A DNA stretch of 64,000 nucleotides from an uncultured Rikenellaceae bacterium (GTDB lineage Bacteria; Bacteroidota; Bacteroidia; Bacteroidales; VadinHA17): assembly GCA_964446825.1 (NCBI GenBank), contig CAYUQR010000015.1:125-64124 (forward strand), given 5' to 3'. Of the stretch, positions 38,011 through 48,098 are shown piece after piece. Numbering within the stretch: the stretch's first letter is position 1; the number at the start of each line of letters is the position of its first letter. The notes under the pieces were generated by a model, which searched no databases, had not been told where the DNA came from, and saw only the letters and a list, made by a program, of their open reading frames with translations. Made by a program: the position numbers and the translations under genes.

Positions 38011-41000
38011 ATGGCAGGATTTTCACACTTACATGTTCATACTCAATACTCTATACTGGATGGAGCGTCCAGTATCAGCCTGCTTATGGACAAGGTCAAA
38101 TCGTTGGGAATGGAAGCTCTTGCCATCACCGATCATGGAAATATGTTCGGAGTTAAAGAATTTCATAACACTGCAACTAAAAAGGGGATAAAACCTGTAA
38201 TCGGCTGTGAGATTTACGTTGCAAAAAGATCTATCGGTGAAGTAAGCGGGAAAGAGGACAGATCGGGCGATCATCTTATTTTGCTGGCTAAAAATCTTGT
38301 CGGATATAAAAACCTTGTTAAGCTTGTTTCAATTGCATGGATAAAAGGATTTTACTATAAACCAAGGATTGACAAGGAAATTCTGGCAAAGTACAGCGAA
38401 GGACTTATTGCTTCTTCTGCCTGCCTTGCCGGAGAAATTCAGGATGAGATCCTTAACGGAACACCTGAGGGTGCTGAAAAAGCCCTGAAGAGTTATCTTG
38501 ATATTTTCGGAGAAGATTTTTACCTCGAGATCCAACGGCATGAAACATATGATCCTGATGCTGACCGGTCTGCCTTTCCGCTTCAACAAAAGGTGATTGA
38601 AGCATTTAAAAAGCTGGCGGTGAAATATAATGTAAAGGTCATAGCCACCAATGATGTCCACTTTATTAATGCCGAAGATGCCGAAGCACACGACAGGCTG
38701 ATATGCATTAATACAGCAAAGGATGTTGATGATCCAAACAGGTTAAGATATTCAAAACAGGAATATATTAAAACTGAGGAGGAGATGCGTTCTATCTTCA
38801 GTGATATTCCTGAAGCTATCGATAATGTGGAAACACTGGTAGCAAAAATCGAGAAATACAAGCTCGACCACGATCCTATAATGCCGGAATTCGATTTGCC
38901 TGAAGGTTATACCGACAAGGATGAATACCTCAGGTTCCTGACACACGAGGGTGCTGCTCAGAGGTGGGGAACACTGACTACTGAACAAACTGAAAGACTG
39001 GATTTTGAATTGGCTATGATTGCCAAAATGGGATTCCCCGGTTATTTCCTGATTGTGCAGGACTTCCTTCGTGCAGCCAGAGAGATGGGAGTGTCAGTTG
39101 GTCCGGGAAGAGGCTCTGCAGCCGGATCAGCAGTAGCTTATTGCCTGAGAATAACCGACATAGATCCTATTAAATATGGACTTCTGTTTGAACGGTTCCT
39201 GAATCTCGACCGTATTTCCATGCCTGATATTGATATCGATTTCGATGAAGACGGAAGAGAAGCAGTATTAAAATACGTTGTCAATAAATACGGGCACGAT
39301 AAAGTGGCCCATATAATTACTTTTGGTTCAATGGCAGCCAAAATGGCTATCAGGGATGTTGCAAGAGTCCAGAAACTGCCATTACCTGATGCCGACCGGC
39401 TTGCCAAGCTGGTACCGGAACGACCCGGGATTACTCTTTCAGCAGCTTACTCGGAAGTTCCAGAACTGGCAAAAGAAAAAGAATCATCCAACAAGCTTAT
39501 TGCCCAGACGTTAAAGTATGCTGAAGTACTGGAAGGATCAGTAAGACAAACAGGAGTCCATGCATGTGGCATAATAATAGGAAAAGACTCCCTCGATAAC
39601 TATATACCTCTGTGCACTGCCAAGGATACTGATCTTTATGCAACACAATACGACGGAAGCCATGTTGAATCGGTTGGCCTTCTTAAGATGGACTTCCTGG
39701 GATTGAAAACATTATCAATTATTAAAGATGCTATTGATAACATTAAGAAATCCAAAGGGGTAGATATAGATATTGATGCCCTGCCTCTTGATGATAAAGA
39801 AACCTTTGAGCTCTTCAGCAAAGGCGAGACAACAGGCATCTTTCAGTTTGAATCAACCGGGATGAAAAGGTATCTGCGTGACCTTGAACCCAACAGGCTC
39901 GAAGACCTTATAGCAATGAATGCCCTGTACAGGCCAGGACCAATGGAATATATCCCGAAGTTTATCCGCAGGAAACATGGAACGGAGAATATTGACACAC
40001 CACTTCCGGTAATGGAAAAATATCTTAGCGATACCTATGGAATAACGGTGTACCAGGAACAGGTGATGCTATTATCGCAGGAACTGGCAGGATTCTCAAA
40101 AGGGGAAGCCGATTCCCTCAGGAAAGCCATGGGCAAGAAGAAGCGTTCCATTATGGATGAAATGAAGCTTAAGTTTCAGGAAGGGTGTCTGAAAAATGGG
40201 TATGATATTGAAATTGTAAACAAGATATGGTCCGATTGGGAAGCTTTTGCTCAATATGCATTCAATAAATCGCATTCAACCTGCTATGCTCTCATTGCTT
40301 ATCAGACAGGATATCTTAAAGCTAATTACCCTGCTGAATACATGGCAGCTGTCCTGAGCAGAAATATCAGTGATATTAAAAAGATCACCACTTTCATGGA
40401 TGAGACACGAAGGATGGGAATGGAAGTTCTGGGTCCGGATGTGAATGAAAGTAATGTAAAATTCACAGTTAACAAGGATGGCAATATCAGGTTCGGCCTC
40501 GGAGCAATAAAAGGAGTTGGAGAGAGTGCTGTGCTTCAGATGATTGAAGAGAGGGAAAGTAATGGATTATATAAAGATATTTATGACCTTGTTGAAAGAG
40601 TAAACCTTAACGCATTAAATAAGAAGAACCTCGAAGCAATGGCTGTTGCAGGCGCATTTGATTGTTTCCCCGAAATAATAAGAGCCCAGTATTTCTCCCT
40701 CGACACGAAAGGATCGAGCTTTATTGAAAGCCTGATAAGGTATGGTAATAACGCCAAAGCAGTTAAGAATTCAAGTCAGCAATCGTTGTTCGGCGAATCG
40801 GGAGGATTTGATATGATCAAACCTGAGCCTGCGCAATGCCCCGACTGGCCTAAACTGGAAAAACTTAACAGGGAAAAGGAAGTTATAGGGATCTATTTAT
40901 CATCTCATCCACTTGATGATTTCAAACTTGAAATCAACACCTTTGCAACGGCAACACTGGCCGACCTGCAAAACCTTCGCGAATACCTTGAAAGAGATGT

Positions 41001-41496
41001 TACCGTTGCAGGTATGGTTACTGATACAAGAAACGGGATAGGCAAAAACGGGAAACCATATGGAGCTTTCACCCTCCAGGACTATTCAGATTCCTTCAGG
41101 TTCATGTTATTCGATAAAGACTATATTGAAAATAGCAAATTTCTGATTTCAGGATATTACCTGTTGATAAAAGGAAGAGTTCAGAAACGCAAATATAAAG
41201 AGGACGAAATAGAATTCAGGATAAAAAACATTAATCTGCTATCAAGCGTTAAGGATGAACTTATAAAATCAGTTACAATTAAGATAGACCCTGAAAATAT
41301 CAGTTCAGAGATGATCAAAGACCTTAAAGAGCTGACAAATAATAACAAGGGAGAAACAGAACTGAAATTCCTTTTCCTCGATGCCGAGGATAAAATCTCA
41401 CTACCTATGTTTTCAAGGACTATGCGGGTAAGATTAAACAATGAGTTAATAGCTTACCTTGAAGATCATCCCTGGTTAGAATATAAAGTTAATTAG
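38011..41496 (+). CDS. dnaE: DNA polymerase III subunit alpha
   Basis: 1161-aa ORF with PHP domain FSHLHVHTQYSILDG, plus GPGRGSAAGS, PDIDIDF and a C-terminal OB fold. Confidence 0.98.
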   Translation: MAGFSHLHVHTQYSILDGASSISLLMDKVKSLGMEALAITDHGNMFGVKEFHNTATKKGIKPVIGCEIYVAKRSIGEVSGKEDRSGDHLILLAKNLVGYKNLVKLVSIAWIKGFYYKPRIDKEILAKYSEGLIASSACLAGEIQDEILNGTPEGAEKALKSYLDIFGEDFYLEIQRHETYDPDADRSAFPLQQKVIEAFKKLAVKYNVKVIATNDVHFINAEDAEAHDRLICINTAKDVDDPNRLRYSKQEYIKTEEEMRSIFSDIPEAIDNVETLVAKIEKYKLDHDPIMPEFDLPEGYTDKDEYLRFLTHEGAAQRWGTLTTEQTERLDFELAMIAKMGFPGYFLIVQDFLRAAREMGVSVGPGRGSAAGSAVAYCLRITDIDPIKYGLLFERFLNLDRISMPDIDIDFDEDGREAVLKYVVNKYGHDKVAHIITFGSMAAKMAIRDVARVQKLPLPDADRLAKLVPERPGITLSAAYSEVPELAKEKESSNKLIAQTLKYAEVLEGSVRQTGVHACGIIIGKDSLDNYIPLCTAKDTDLYATQYDGSHVESVGLLKMDFLGLKTLSIIKDAIDNIKKSKGVDIDIDALPLDDKETFELFSKGETTGIFQFESTGMKRYLRDLEPNRLEDLIAMNALYRPGPMEYIPKFIRRKHGTENIDTPLPVMEKYLSDTYGITVYQEQVMLLSQELAGFSKGEADSLRKAMGKKKRSIMDEMKLKFQEGCLKNGYDIEIVNKIWSDWEAFAQYAFNKSHSTCYALIAYQTGYLKANYPAEYMAAVLSRNISDIKKITTFMDETRRMGMEVLGPDVNESNVKFTVNKDGNIRFGLGAIKGVGESAVLQMIEERESNGLYKDIYDLVERVNLNALNKKNLEAMAVAGAFDCFPEIIRAQYFSLDTKGSSFIESLIRYGNNAKAVKNSSQQSLFGESGGFDMIKPEPAQCPDWPKLEKLNREKEVIGIYLSSHPLDDFKLEINTFATATLADLQNLREYLERDVTVAGMVTDTRNGIGKNGKPYGAFTLQDYSDSFRFMLFDKDYIENSKFLISGYYLLIKGRVQKRKYKEDEIEFRIKNINLLSSVKDELIKSVTIKIDPENISSEMIKDLKELTNNNKGETELKFLFLDAEDKISLPMFSRTMRVRLNNELIAYLEDHPWLEYKVN

Positions 41497-41497
41497 C

Positions 41498-41505
41498 TAT
41501 CTTTG
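41498..41505 (+). promoter_or_regulatory. Candidate -7 promoter box (TATCTTTG) for trxA
   Basis: Matches TAnnTTTG 41 nt upstream of ATG 41546, immediately after the dnaE stop. Confidence 0.35.
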
Positions 41506-41545
41506 CGGCTGATAAAAATGTTGAAATTTTAAAATATTATTCATT

Positions 41546-41863
41546 ATGGCATTAGAGGTAAATGATGGCAATTTCGAAGAAATAGTCATAAAATCGGACA
41601 AAACTGTTATTGTTGATTTCTGGGCGGAATGGTGCGGCCCCTGCAGAATGATTGCTCCAATTGTTGAAGAGATTGCAGAAGAATATTCAGGTAAAGTTCT
41701 TGTTACAAAATGTGATGTGGACAGTTGCCCTGCTGTTTCTGCCAAATACGGAATCAGGAATATCCCAACTGTTCTTTTCTTTAAGGACGGCAAAATAGCT
41801 GACAAACAGGTTGGAGCTGTTCCAAAAGCTAATTTTGTGACAAAACTTATAGCTCTTCTTTGA
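41546..41863 (+). CDS. trxA: Thioredoxin
   Basis: 105-aa ORF with active site WAEWCGPCRM. Confidence 0.97.
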   Translation: MALEVNDGNFEEIVIKSDKTVIVDFWAEWCGPCRMIAPIVEEIAEEYSGKVLVTKCDVDSCPAVSAKYGIRNIPTVLFFKDGKIADKQVGAVPKANFVTKLIALL

Positions 41864-41883
41864 TAATATTAATGTTGAAATAT

Positions 41884-41915
41884 GGCCGTTATGCTTACCT
41901 GTAACGGCCTTTTTA
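41884..41915 (+). terminator. Rho-independent terminator of trxA
   Basis: GGCCGTTA (41884..41891) and TAACGGCC (41902..41909) form an 8-bp stem with a 10-nt loop, followed by TTTTTA. Confidence 0.7.
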
Positions 41916-41925
41916 ATTATTTTAC

Positions 41926-42501
41926 ATGAAAATATGTGTCTTTGCTTCATCAAGCAGCCTTATTGACGTTGAATATGCGGTTGCGGCCTCCAGGCTGGGG
42001 TTTCTGCTTGCCAGAGAGAAAATGGAAGTAATATTCGGAGGTGGGGGCATCGGGCTGATGGGAAAGCTGGCAGATTCTGTTCTTGAAAACGGAGGTAAAA
42101 TAACCGGCGTCATTCCGTCTTTTATGAAAGATGAAGGATGGGACCATGCGCATGTTAATGAGATGATTATAACTTCCGATATGGGAGACAGAAAAAAAAC
42201 TATGTTCTCAATGGCAGAAGGCATTGTGGCTCTCCCGGGAGGTGTCGGAACACTTGAAGAACTGACTGAAGCAATAACACTTAAACAGCTGGGCATTTTT
42301 AAAGGGCCCATAGTAATACTGAATACTCTTGGCTTCTATAATTCACTGGTTGAATTCCTCGATCATATGATCTCAGGTCATTTCCTGAGATATCAACACA
42401 AAGGAATGTGGGAAATTGCAGATACTCCTGAAAAAGTTATGGAATATCTCACAAAAAATGAGGAATGGATCCGCGATCCCAGAAGCATTGCAAAAATTTA
42501 A
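41926..42501 (+). CDS. LOG-family (TIGR00730) nucleotide phosphoribohydrolase
   Basis: 191-aa ORF with GGGGIGLMG and PGGVGTLEEL motifs. Confidence 0.88.
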   Translation: MKICVFASSSSLIDVEYAVAASRLGFLLAREKMEVIFGGGGIGLMGKLADSVLENGGKITGVIPSFMKDEGWDHAHVNEMIITSDMGDRKKTMFSMAEGIVALPGGVGTLEELTEAITLKQLGIFKGPIVILNTLGFYNSLVEFLDHMISGHFLRYQHKGMWEIADTPEKVMEYLTKNEEWIRDPRSIAKI

Positions 42502-45500
42502 TTACCAGGTATTTTGGTACCGATGAACAGAATATCATCAACCTGATCCAGATCACCTTTCCAATCCAATATTGTCTTTTCCAGCTTATTCTTCTGTTCA
42601 TTCACCGGGAGATCCCAGATTTCTGAGAGCAGCCTTTTAACATTAACTGATTTGAATTTTTTAACTTCAGGCGACCCGAACTGATCTGCGTACCCGTCTG
42701 AACAAATATATAACATATCACCAGGCTGTATATCAACTGTTTGATTTGTAAAAGTCTTTTTTTCATCCATAGTTGTCATACCAATCGGAAACCTGTCACC
42801 TTTATAAACAAATACTTCACCTTTCCTGACTACATACAGCGGGTTATAGGCTCCTGCAAATTCAACTGTAAAATTCTTTTTATTAAAAGCTATCAGGGCC
42901 AGATCCATCCCATCTTTAATTTCTTTTTCATGACGTTGCAAAAGAGACTTCATTACCTCTATATTGAGCTGATCAAGAATTGCTGATGGCCTGGTAAGAC
43001 CATATTCCCTGACGACTTTATTAAATGAGTTATGACCAATTATTGACATAAATGCTCCCGGTACACCATGACCTGTGCAGTCAACAGCGGCAATAAACTG
43101 CCAGTCTCCGTTATCATACATCCAGTAAAAATCCCCGCTGACAATATCTTTCGGCATAAACAACACAAAAGTTTCCTTAAAAATATCTTCCCTCGGAAGC
43201 ATGGCCCTCTGTATACGCTCGGCATACCTTATGCTTGCCGTTATATCCCTGTTTTTCTCTTCAATCACTTTGCTTTTCTGAACAACCTCTGCCGTCCTTT
43301 CCTTAACCTTTTGCTCAAGGATAATCTTCTCCTTTTTCAGATTCTGTTCCCTTATATTAATGTATGCCACAATAATAAGGATCGTAAAAACAACTACAAT
43401 CATGATAAACCACCATGTCTGATAAAAGGGAGGTTTTATAATAAAATGAAATGTAACAGGTTTACTGTTCCATATTCCATGACTGTTGCTGGCTATAACC
43501 ATGAATGTATATTTCCCGGGAGGCAGGGCAGAATATATTGCACGTGTCTGATCTGTCACCGGACGCCAATCATCATCTGCACCCTCGAGTTTCACTTTGT
43601 ACTTTACAACATCCGGGTTAGTAAGACAAATACTGTAATAGTCAAACAGTATTGATCGCTCATTATAATTTAGTTTCATACCCGGAACCATTTCCCTCGA
43701 CTCATAGTTCACTCTCATCCCCATAATATGGGTAAGAGGTTCCATCTCATCTGTTGAAGTCTTTTCAGGATCGAGACGTGTAGCCCCGGTTGCTGTTCCA
43801 AACCATAAATCACCGGATGAGTCTTTATATACAGCATTTGGTCGTGTTTCAATCCCGGGGAAGCCGTTTCTTTCAGTATAGGAAAATATTCTTTTAGTGT
43901 TGGGGAAATACCTGTTCAACCCATTATTGGTACCAATGTAAATACTTCCATCTTTATCAATGGCCAAAAGATTTATATTATTAGAAAGAAGCCCGTCGTC
44001 CTGGGTAACCGACTTTAATATAGAATCATTCCTGAATGCCAGTAATCCCTCGCTGGTACCTGTCCATAGTACCCCTTTACTGTCCATCACCATTGTTTTT
44101 GGTATAATGCCCCGGAAAACATTTATGGGTTTAAAATCCTTTCTAACAGTTTCATATTTTATCAGACCGGGTTTGTCTCCTTTTGGTTCTGCCCCAATCC
44201 ACATATCACCATGCGGATCACAATAAAGGGATGTTATATTGAAGACAGTCAGGCTGTCAAGAAGGGTATATCGCTGGAAATCCTGTTCACCAATTGTCCC
44301 AACATCAACACCCTCCTGGGTTCCAATCCAAAGATGGTTTTCCCTGTCAATTTCAAGAGCTGTTACCTGTCCGTCGCGGGGAAGAGTTGAGTTTATATAC
44401 GGCTGAGCTTCAAATTCTGAGGTCTTCATATTGTAAAGTATCACACCTCCTTCATTAGCCCCAACCCACAAATTACCGGCACTATCCTGTCTGAAAAACC
44501 TGATATCCTGGTAGATTAAATTATTAGCTTCATTATATATCACCGGGGCTTTAAAGGACCATGGCAAATATTTCGAAATACCGGCATTGGTGCCGAACCA
44601 CATTTCTCCTGATCTATCCTGGTAAATTGCATTGACATTAGGGTCAGGTAATATCTCTTTTTCATTGATTGTAACAAAGGCATCCCCTTTAAAAATAGTA
44701 AGACCGTTATTTTGATCGGCAATAAGTATATTACCTTCAACATCTTCAATTATAGCATATATTCTTGTTGCTTTCAGGCCGTTTTCTGCATTAAATATCT
44801 GTATTTTATCCCCCTTAAAAACGACTATGCCCCCGTCCCAGGTCCCAACCCAGATCCGGCCTTTGCTATCCTCGGTAAGACACATTACAAAGTTGCTTGA
44901 GACTCCAAGCTTCATCAGGTCAATGAACTCCATCCTGCTTTCAGACATTATATACTTATAGAGCCCTCCATTATATGTGCCGAACCATATATTCTCCCTG
45001 CTGTCCTGAAGAAGGCATGTGGAGCTAAAATAGGTTGTCATATGAGGCATCCTGTAGTTCTCAAACTTATCCTCTTCTCTATTATATCGTCTGAGCCCGA
45101 CATCAGCAATACATACAAGTGAACCATCCCTGGTTAATTTGGATCCAAAGACCTGATCGCTAAGACCTTCTTTTCCTCTGTAAAGTTTAGCCTTTATATG
45201 TTTAATATTCTTGACCGGAAAATCAGCCTGAATTGCTCCGTCACTATTTGAAGTAAACCAGATCTTGCCATCCTTTATTACAATGCTGTTAATATCGCCT
45301 GTTATTTTGACAGAATCGAAAGCTATCTGTTCAAATTTACTGCCATCGTACCTTGATATTCCTCCACCGCTCATATGACCAAACCAGATAGATCCCAATG
45401 AGTCCTGTATAATACATCTCACACCTCCGGAACCCAAATTATTTCTTGAGGTAAAATTTTCAAACTTTTTCCCGTCAAACCTCGAAACTCCATTAGCTGT

Positions 45501-45707
45501 TCCAAGCCATATAAAATCTTTTGAATCCTGAAACAGTGTATACACTTTCTGCCCGCTTAACCCCTGTTTTACACCATAATTATCAAAAAAATACTTTTGC
45601 GCCTTTAGTTGTATTACAGTAAGAATCAATAAAAGCACTGACCAGCCAAAAAATTTTACCTGGCGATTAATGAAGTTTATGACTGACATACTATTACTAT
45701 TTTGCAA
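42498..45707 (-). CDS. Periplasmic beta-propeller / Y_Y_Y sensor fused through one TM to a cytoplasmic PP2C (SpoIIE-type) phosphatase
   Basis: 1069-aa ORF with an N-terminal signal/anchor and many two-component-regulator-propeller repeats (WFGT..G..). Y_Y_Y region YKVKLEGADDDWRPV...PGKYTFMVIASN, TM WWFIMIVVVFTILIIVAYINI, a coiled coil, then PP2C motifs SGDFYW, DCTGHGVPGAFMS, DGMDLALI and SDGYADQFG. Confidence 0.88.
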   Translation of the reverse strand: MQNSNSMSVINFINRQVKFFGWSVLLLILTVIQLKAQKYFFDNYGVKQGLSGQKVYTLFQDSKDFIWLGTANGVSRFDGKKFENFTSRNNLGSGGVRCIIQDSLGSIWFGHMSGGGISRYDGSKFEQIAFDSVKITGDINSIVIKDGKIWFTSNSDGAIQADFPVKNIKHIKAKLYRGKEGLSDQVFGSKLTRDGSLVCIADVGLRRYNREEDKFENYRMPHMTTYFSSTCLLQDSRENIWFGTYNGGLYKYIMSESRMEFIDLMKLGVSSNFVMCLTEDSKGRIWVGTWDGGIVVFKGDKIQIFNAENGLKATRIYAIIEDVEGNILIADQNNGLTIFKGDAFVTINEKEILPDPNVNAIYQDRSGEMWFGTNAGISKYLPWSFKAPVIYNEANNLIYQDIRFFRQDSAGNLWVGANEGGVILYNMKTSEFEAQPYINSTLPRDGQVTALEIDRENHLWIGTQEGVDVGTIGEQDFQRYTLLDSLTVFNITSLYCDPHGDMWIGAEPKGDKPGLIKYETVRKDFKPINVFRGIIPKTMVMDSKGVLWTGTSEGLLAFRNDSILKSVTQDDGLLSNNINLLAIDKDGSIYIGTNNGLNRYFPNTKRIFSYTERNGFPGIETRPNAVYKDSSGDLWFGTATGATRLDPEKTSTDEMEPLTHIMGMRVNYESREMVPGMKLNYNERSILFDYYSICLTNPDVVKYKVKLEGADDDWRPVTDQTRAIYSALPPGKYTFMVIASNSHGIWNSKPVTFHFIIKPPFYQTWWFIMIVVVFTILIIVAYINIREQNLKKEKIILEQKVKERTAEVVQKSKVIEEKNRDITASIRYAERIQRAMLPREDIFKETFVLFMPKDIVSGDFYWMYDNGDWQFIAAVDCTGHGVPGAFMSIIGHNSFNKVVREYGLTRPSAILDQLNIEVMKSLLQRHEKEIKDGMDLALIAFNKKNFTVEFAGAYNPLYVVRKGEVFVYKGDRFPIGMTTMDEKKTFTNQTVDIQPGDMLYICSDGYADQFGSPEVKKFKSVNVKRLLSEIWDLPVNEQKNKLEKTILDWKGDLDQVDDILFIGTKIPGN

Positions 45708-48033
45708 TAAAGAAGAATGTTCCGTTCATATCTTCAAGCCCCTGAATCTTTCCAAATTTTGGAGTCTGTCCATTGGTACTTGATACCGCTGCAGTAACAA
45801 ATTTAACAATAGTCTCAATGGGGATACAGGCGTTTCTGTTATTTATAAGCGCGTTTGCAAATGTTGCCGTAAATTTTGAATTATCAGAAGCAAGTTCAGT
45901 ATTGGCAGAAGTAAACACCTGCGCCGACTTGGCACCGGCAACCTGGGTATTATCGCACGTCGGGGCATCATGCGCGGTTCGAGTAGCCATGTAGAATCCG
46001 GGACCTGATTCACATGCATCAGAAACAACAAGAGTGTGGACAATACCGTCACCATAGCCCTGAAGTCCTGCTTTAAGGGCATTGATATTAAAATAGGTAA
46101 ACTCATCATCCCTTTTTGCATCAACTGGGATCCAGTAACCTATATCATTTATGAATTTACCATGACCCGCATACCATATCAATAAAGATTTAACCTGGTT
46201 TTTCTTTACAAGATCGCGAAGCTCGATATTGAAAAACTTCTCCAATTCCGCCTTGGTCATATCTTTCTTGGGAATAAAGTTATTTATCTGGTAATTAGCC
46301 AGGGCTCTCCGTATGGTACTAATATCATTTATTGGGCCATCAAGGCTTGCAAAAGTTTCATAACTTGAATTTTCTATAAAAACAACCCATGTTTTGCCCA
46401 TGGGATTATTGGCTGCGATACCTGCCCCTTCGCGGTTCAGGGTAAATTCTGTTTCCTTCTTATTGCCATAAATATCTTCCGCAATCACAGTAAATTTATT
46501 CAGATTAGAAACATTCAGGATTGCTGTAAAGGCCGGGTTCAACTCATTCCTGTTATAACTGGCGGTAACATCGCCGATAGTAATGGATTTAATCTGGCTT
46601 TGGTCAGAAATTTTTCCCTGAATTGCAATATTTGGAGTGGAAGAATCCAGGAAAACCTGTCCCTCCTCTGATGTGTATGGTGCAATGATATATATTTGCG
46701 GGGGATTTATTTCGGTCCTCTTAAGAGCATAGGTAAGGTCCTTCTCATTGTCATAGTCGTCTTTTGCAGATATCGTAATTCTATTTACTCCTTCAACATT
46801 TATGTTTGCCAAAAAATCATATTGCCCGTTTTTTTCCGCAATGGTCACCGGTTCATTATTGATTGTCATGGACTTAATTTTGCTCTGGTCCTTAAGCTTG
46901 CCTGAAATAATAAGGGAGGTATTGTCCCCTTTTATCTCTATTGTATCCGCAACCGGAACAGGGCTAAGGATCGATATGCTTGGCGGCACTGTTTCCCGGT
47001 TTAACTCGTATAGCCTGTCCTGAGCCTCTTTCAGCAATTTGCGGGCTCTCATGTCAAATTCCGAGAGACTGGTAATTTTATTATAGTCAGCAATTGCCTT
47101 ATCATAATTCAATATTCCTTCATAGGCCTGGGCCCTGGCTGCATAACCGGCAGGATCATCGGGCCTGAGAGAAATAAATTTTGTATAATCGTTAACTGCA
47201 TTTGCCTGCTGGTTAAATTCCATGTAACATTTGCCACGTGCATAATAAAAATCGGAATTTGACGGATCAATTATTATGTCTTTCGAGATATCGTTTATTG
47301 CATTCGGATAATCAAGGTTCCTTTTATAAATATCGCTTCTTACGAGATAGGCATCAGTATTTCTGTCATCATATCTAAGTACCTCATTGCACTGGTCCAT
47401 AGCTTCCTTGGGATCGATGTTAGTAAGGAGTCGTGCCAGCTCAAGCCTGGGTTCAGGCAGTCTCTTGTCTTTTGAGATTGCTTTCTCCAGTTCCTTTTTC
47501 CCCAGCACGTCGTTATTCAATCTCCTGTATATCAGACCCCTCCAATAATAATCCATGGGAGTATCCTTAATTATCAGAGCAGTATCTGAAACTTTCAGAG
47601 CCTGATCATATTTTTCAAGGTTATATAAAGTGATTACCTTTTCAGGATATATTTTAGAATTGCGTTTATCCATGGCAGATGCATGATTAAGGTATTTCAG
47701 GGCCTCATCATAATTATCGGTCTTATTGCACAGGGCTCCGATACTGATTACCAGGTCAACATTCTTTGGTTCAAATACGATTGCCTTTTCATAATCGGCT
47801 TTGGCCTCTGAATATTTTAACAGCTGTTCATAAGCCTGGCCACGGGCATAATAATAATCGGCATCGGAAGGCTCAAGATTGATTGCATTTGTAAATTGCG
47901 CAACTGCATCTTCGTATTTCAGGTTTTCAACAAATTCCTTTCCGGCCTTGTAATACTTCCTGGCATTCTGACCAAAAACACTTAGTGTCACCAGCGACAT
48001 TAAGATTGCCATAAAAAATATTCTCTTATTCAT
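45697..48033 (-). CDS. Secreted TPR-repeat protein with two Ig-like repeats and a C-terminal caspase-like (peptidase C14) domain
   Basis: 778-aa ORF with a signal peptide (MAILMSLVTLSVFGQ) and TPRs at aa ~25-335. There are two ~92-aa internal repeats (aa ~350-441 and 443-535). Caspase dyad: YAGHG (His624, nt 46162..46164) and SDACESG (Cys674, nt 46012..46014). Confidence 0.85.
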   Translation of the reverse strand: MNKRIFFMAILMSLVTLSVFGQNARKYYKAGKEFVENLKYEDAVAQFTNAINLEPSDADYYYARGQAYEQLLKYSEAKADYEKAIVFEPKNVDLVISIGALCNKTDNYDEALKYLNHASAMDKRNSKIYPEKVITLYNLEKYDQALKVSDTALIIKDTPMDYYWRGLIYRRLNNDVLGKKELEKAISKDKRLPEPRLELARLLTNIDPKEAMDQCNEVLRYDDRNTDAYLVRSDIYKRNLDYPNAINDISKDIIIDPSNSDFYYARGKCYMEFNQQANAVNDYTKFISLRPDDPAGYAARAQAYEGILNYDKAIADYNKITSLSEFDMRARKLLKEAQDRLYELNRETVPPSISILSPVPVADTIEIKGDNTSLIISGKLKDQSKIKSMTINNEPVTIAEKNGQYDFLANINVEGVNRITISAKDDYDNEKDLTYALKRTEINPPQIYIIAPYTSEEGQVFLDSSTPNIAIQGKISDQSQIKSITIGDVTASYNRNELNPAFTAILNVSNLNKFTVIAEDIYGNKKETEFTLNREGAGIAANNPMGKTWVVFIENSSYETFASLDGPINDISTIRRALANYQINNFIPKKDMTKAELEKFFNIELRDLVKKNQVKSLLIWYAGHGKFINDIGYWIPVDAKRDDEFTYFNINALKAGLQGYGDGIVHTLVVSDACESGPGFYMATRTAHDAPTCDNTQVAGAKSAQVFTSANTELASDNSKFTATFANALINNRNACIPIETIVKFVTAAVSSTNGQTPKFGKIQGLEDMNGTFFFIAK

Positions 48034-48098
48034 AATCGTATAACTTAATTTTTAACTCCTATCAACTATCAAAAATACAAATATTTATTAATAATATA

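Noticed and set aside
42498-42501. Convergent genes sharing overlapping stop codons (TTAA read as TAA on both strands), and the 20-nt convergent overlap at 21486..21505
   Set aside because: The overlaps are real in the sequence but common in compact genomes. There is no evidence of a regulatory role beyond possible transcriptional interference.
45697-48033. Caspase-like protease as part of a gasdermin or CHAT/CRISPR-type defence system
   Set aside because: No gasdermin-sized pore-forming gene, NACHT/STAND ATPase, or cas/cmr genes flank it. The protease also has a signal peptide, which argues for an envelope role rather than a cytoplasmic abortive-infection role.
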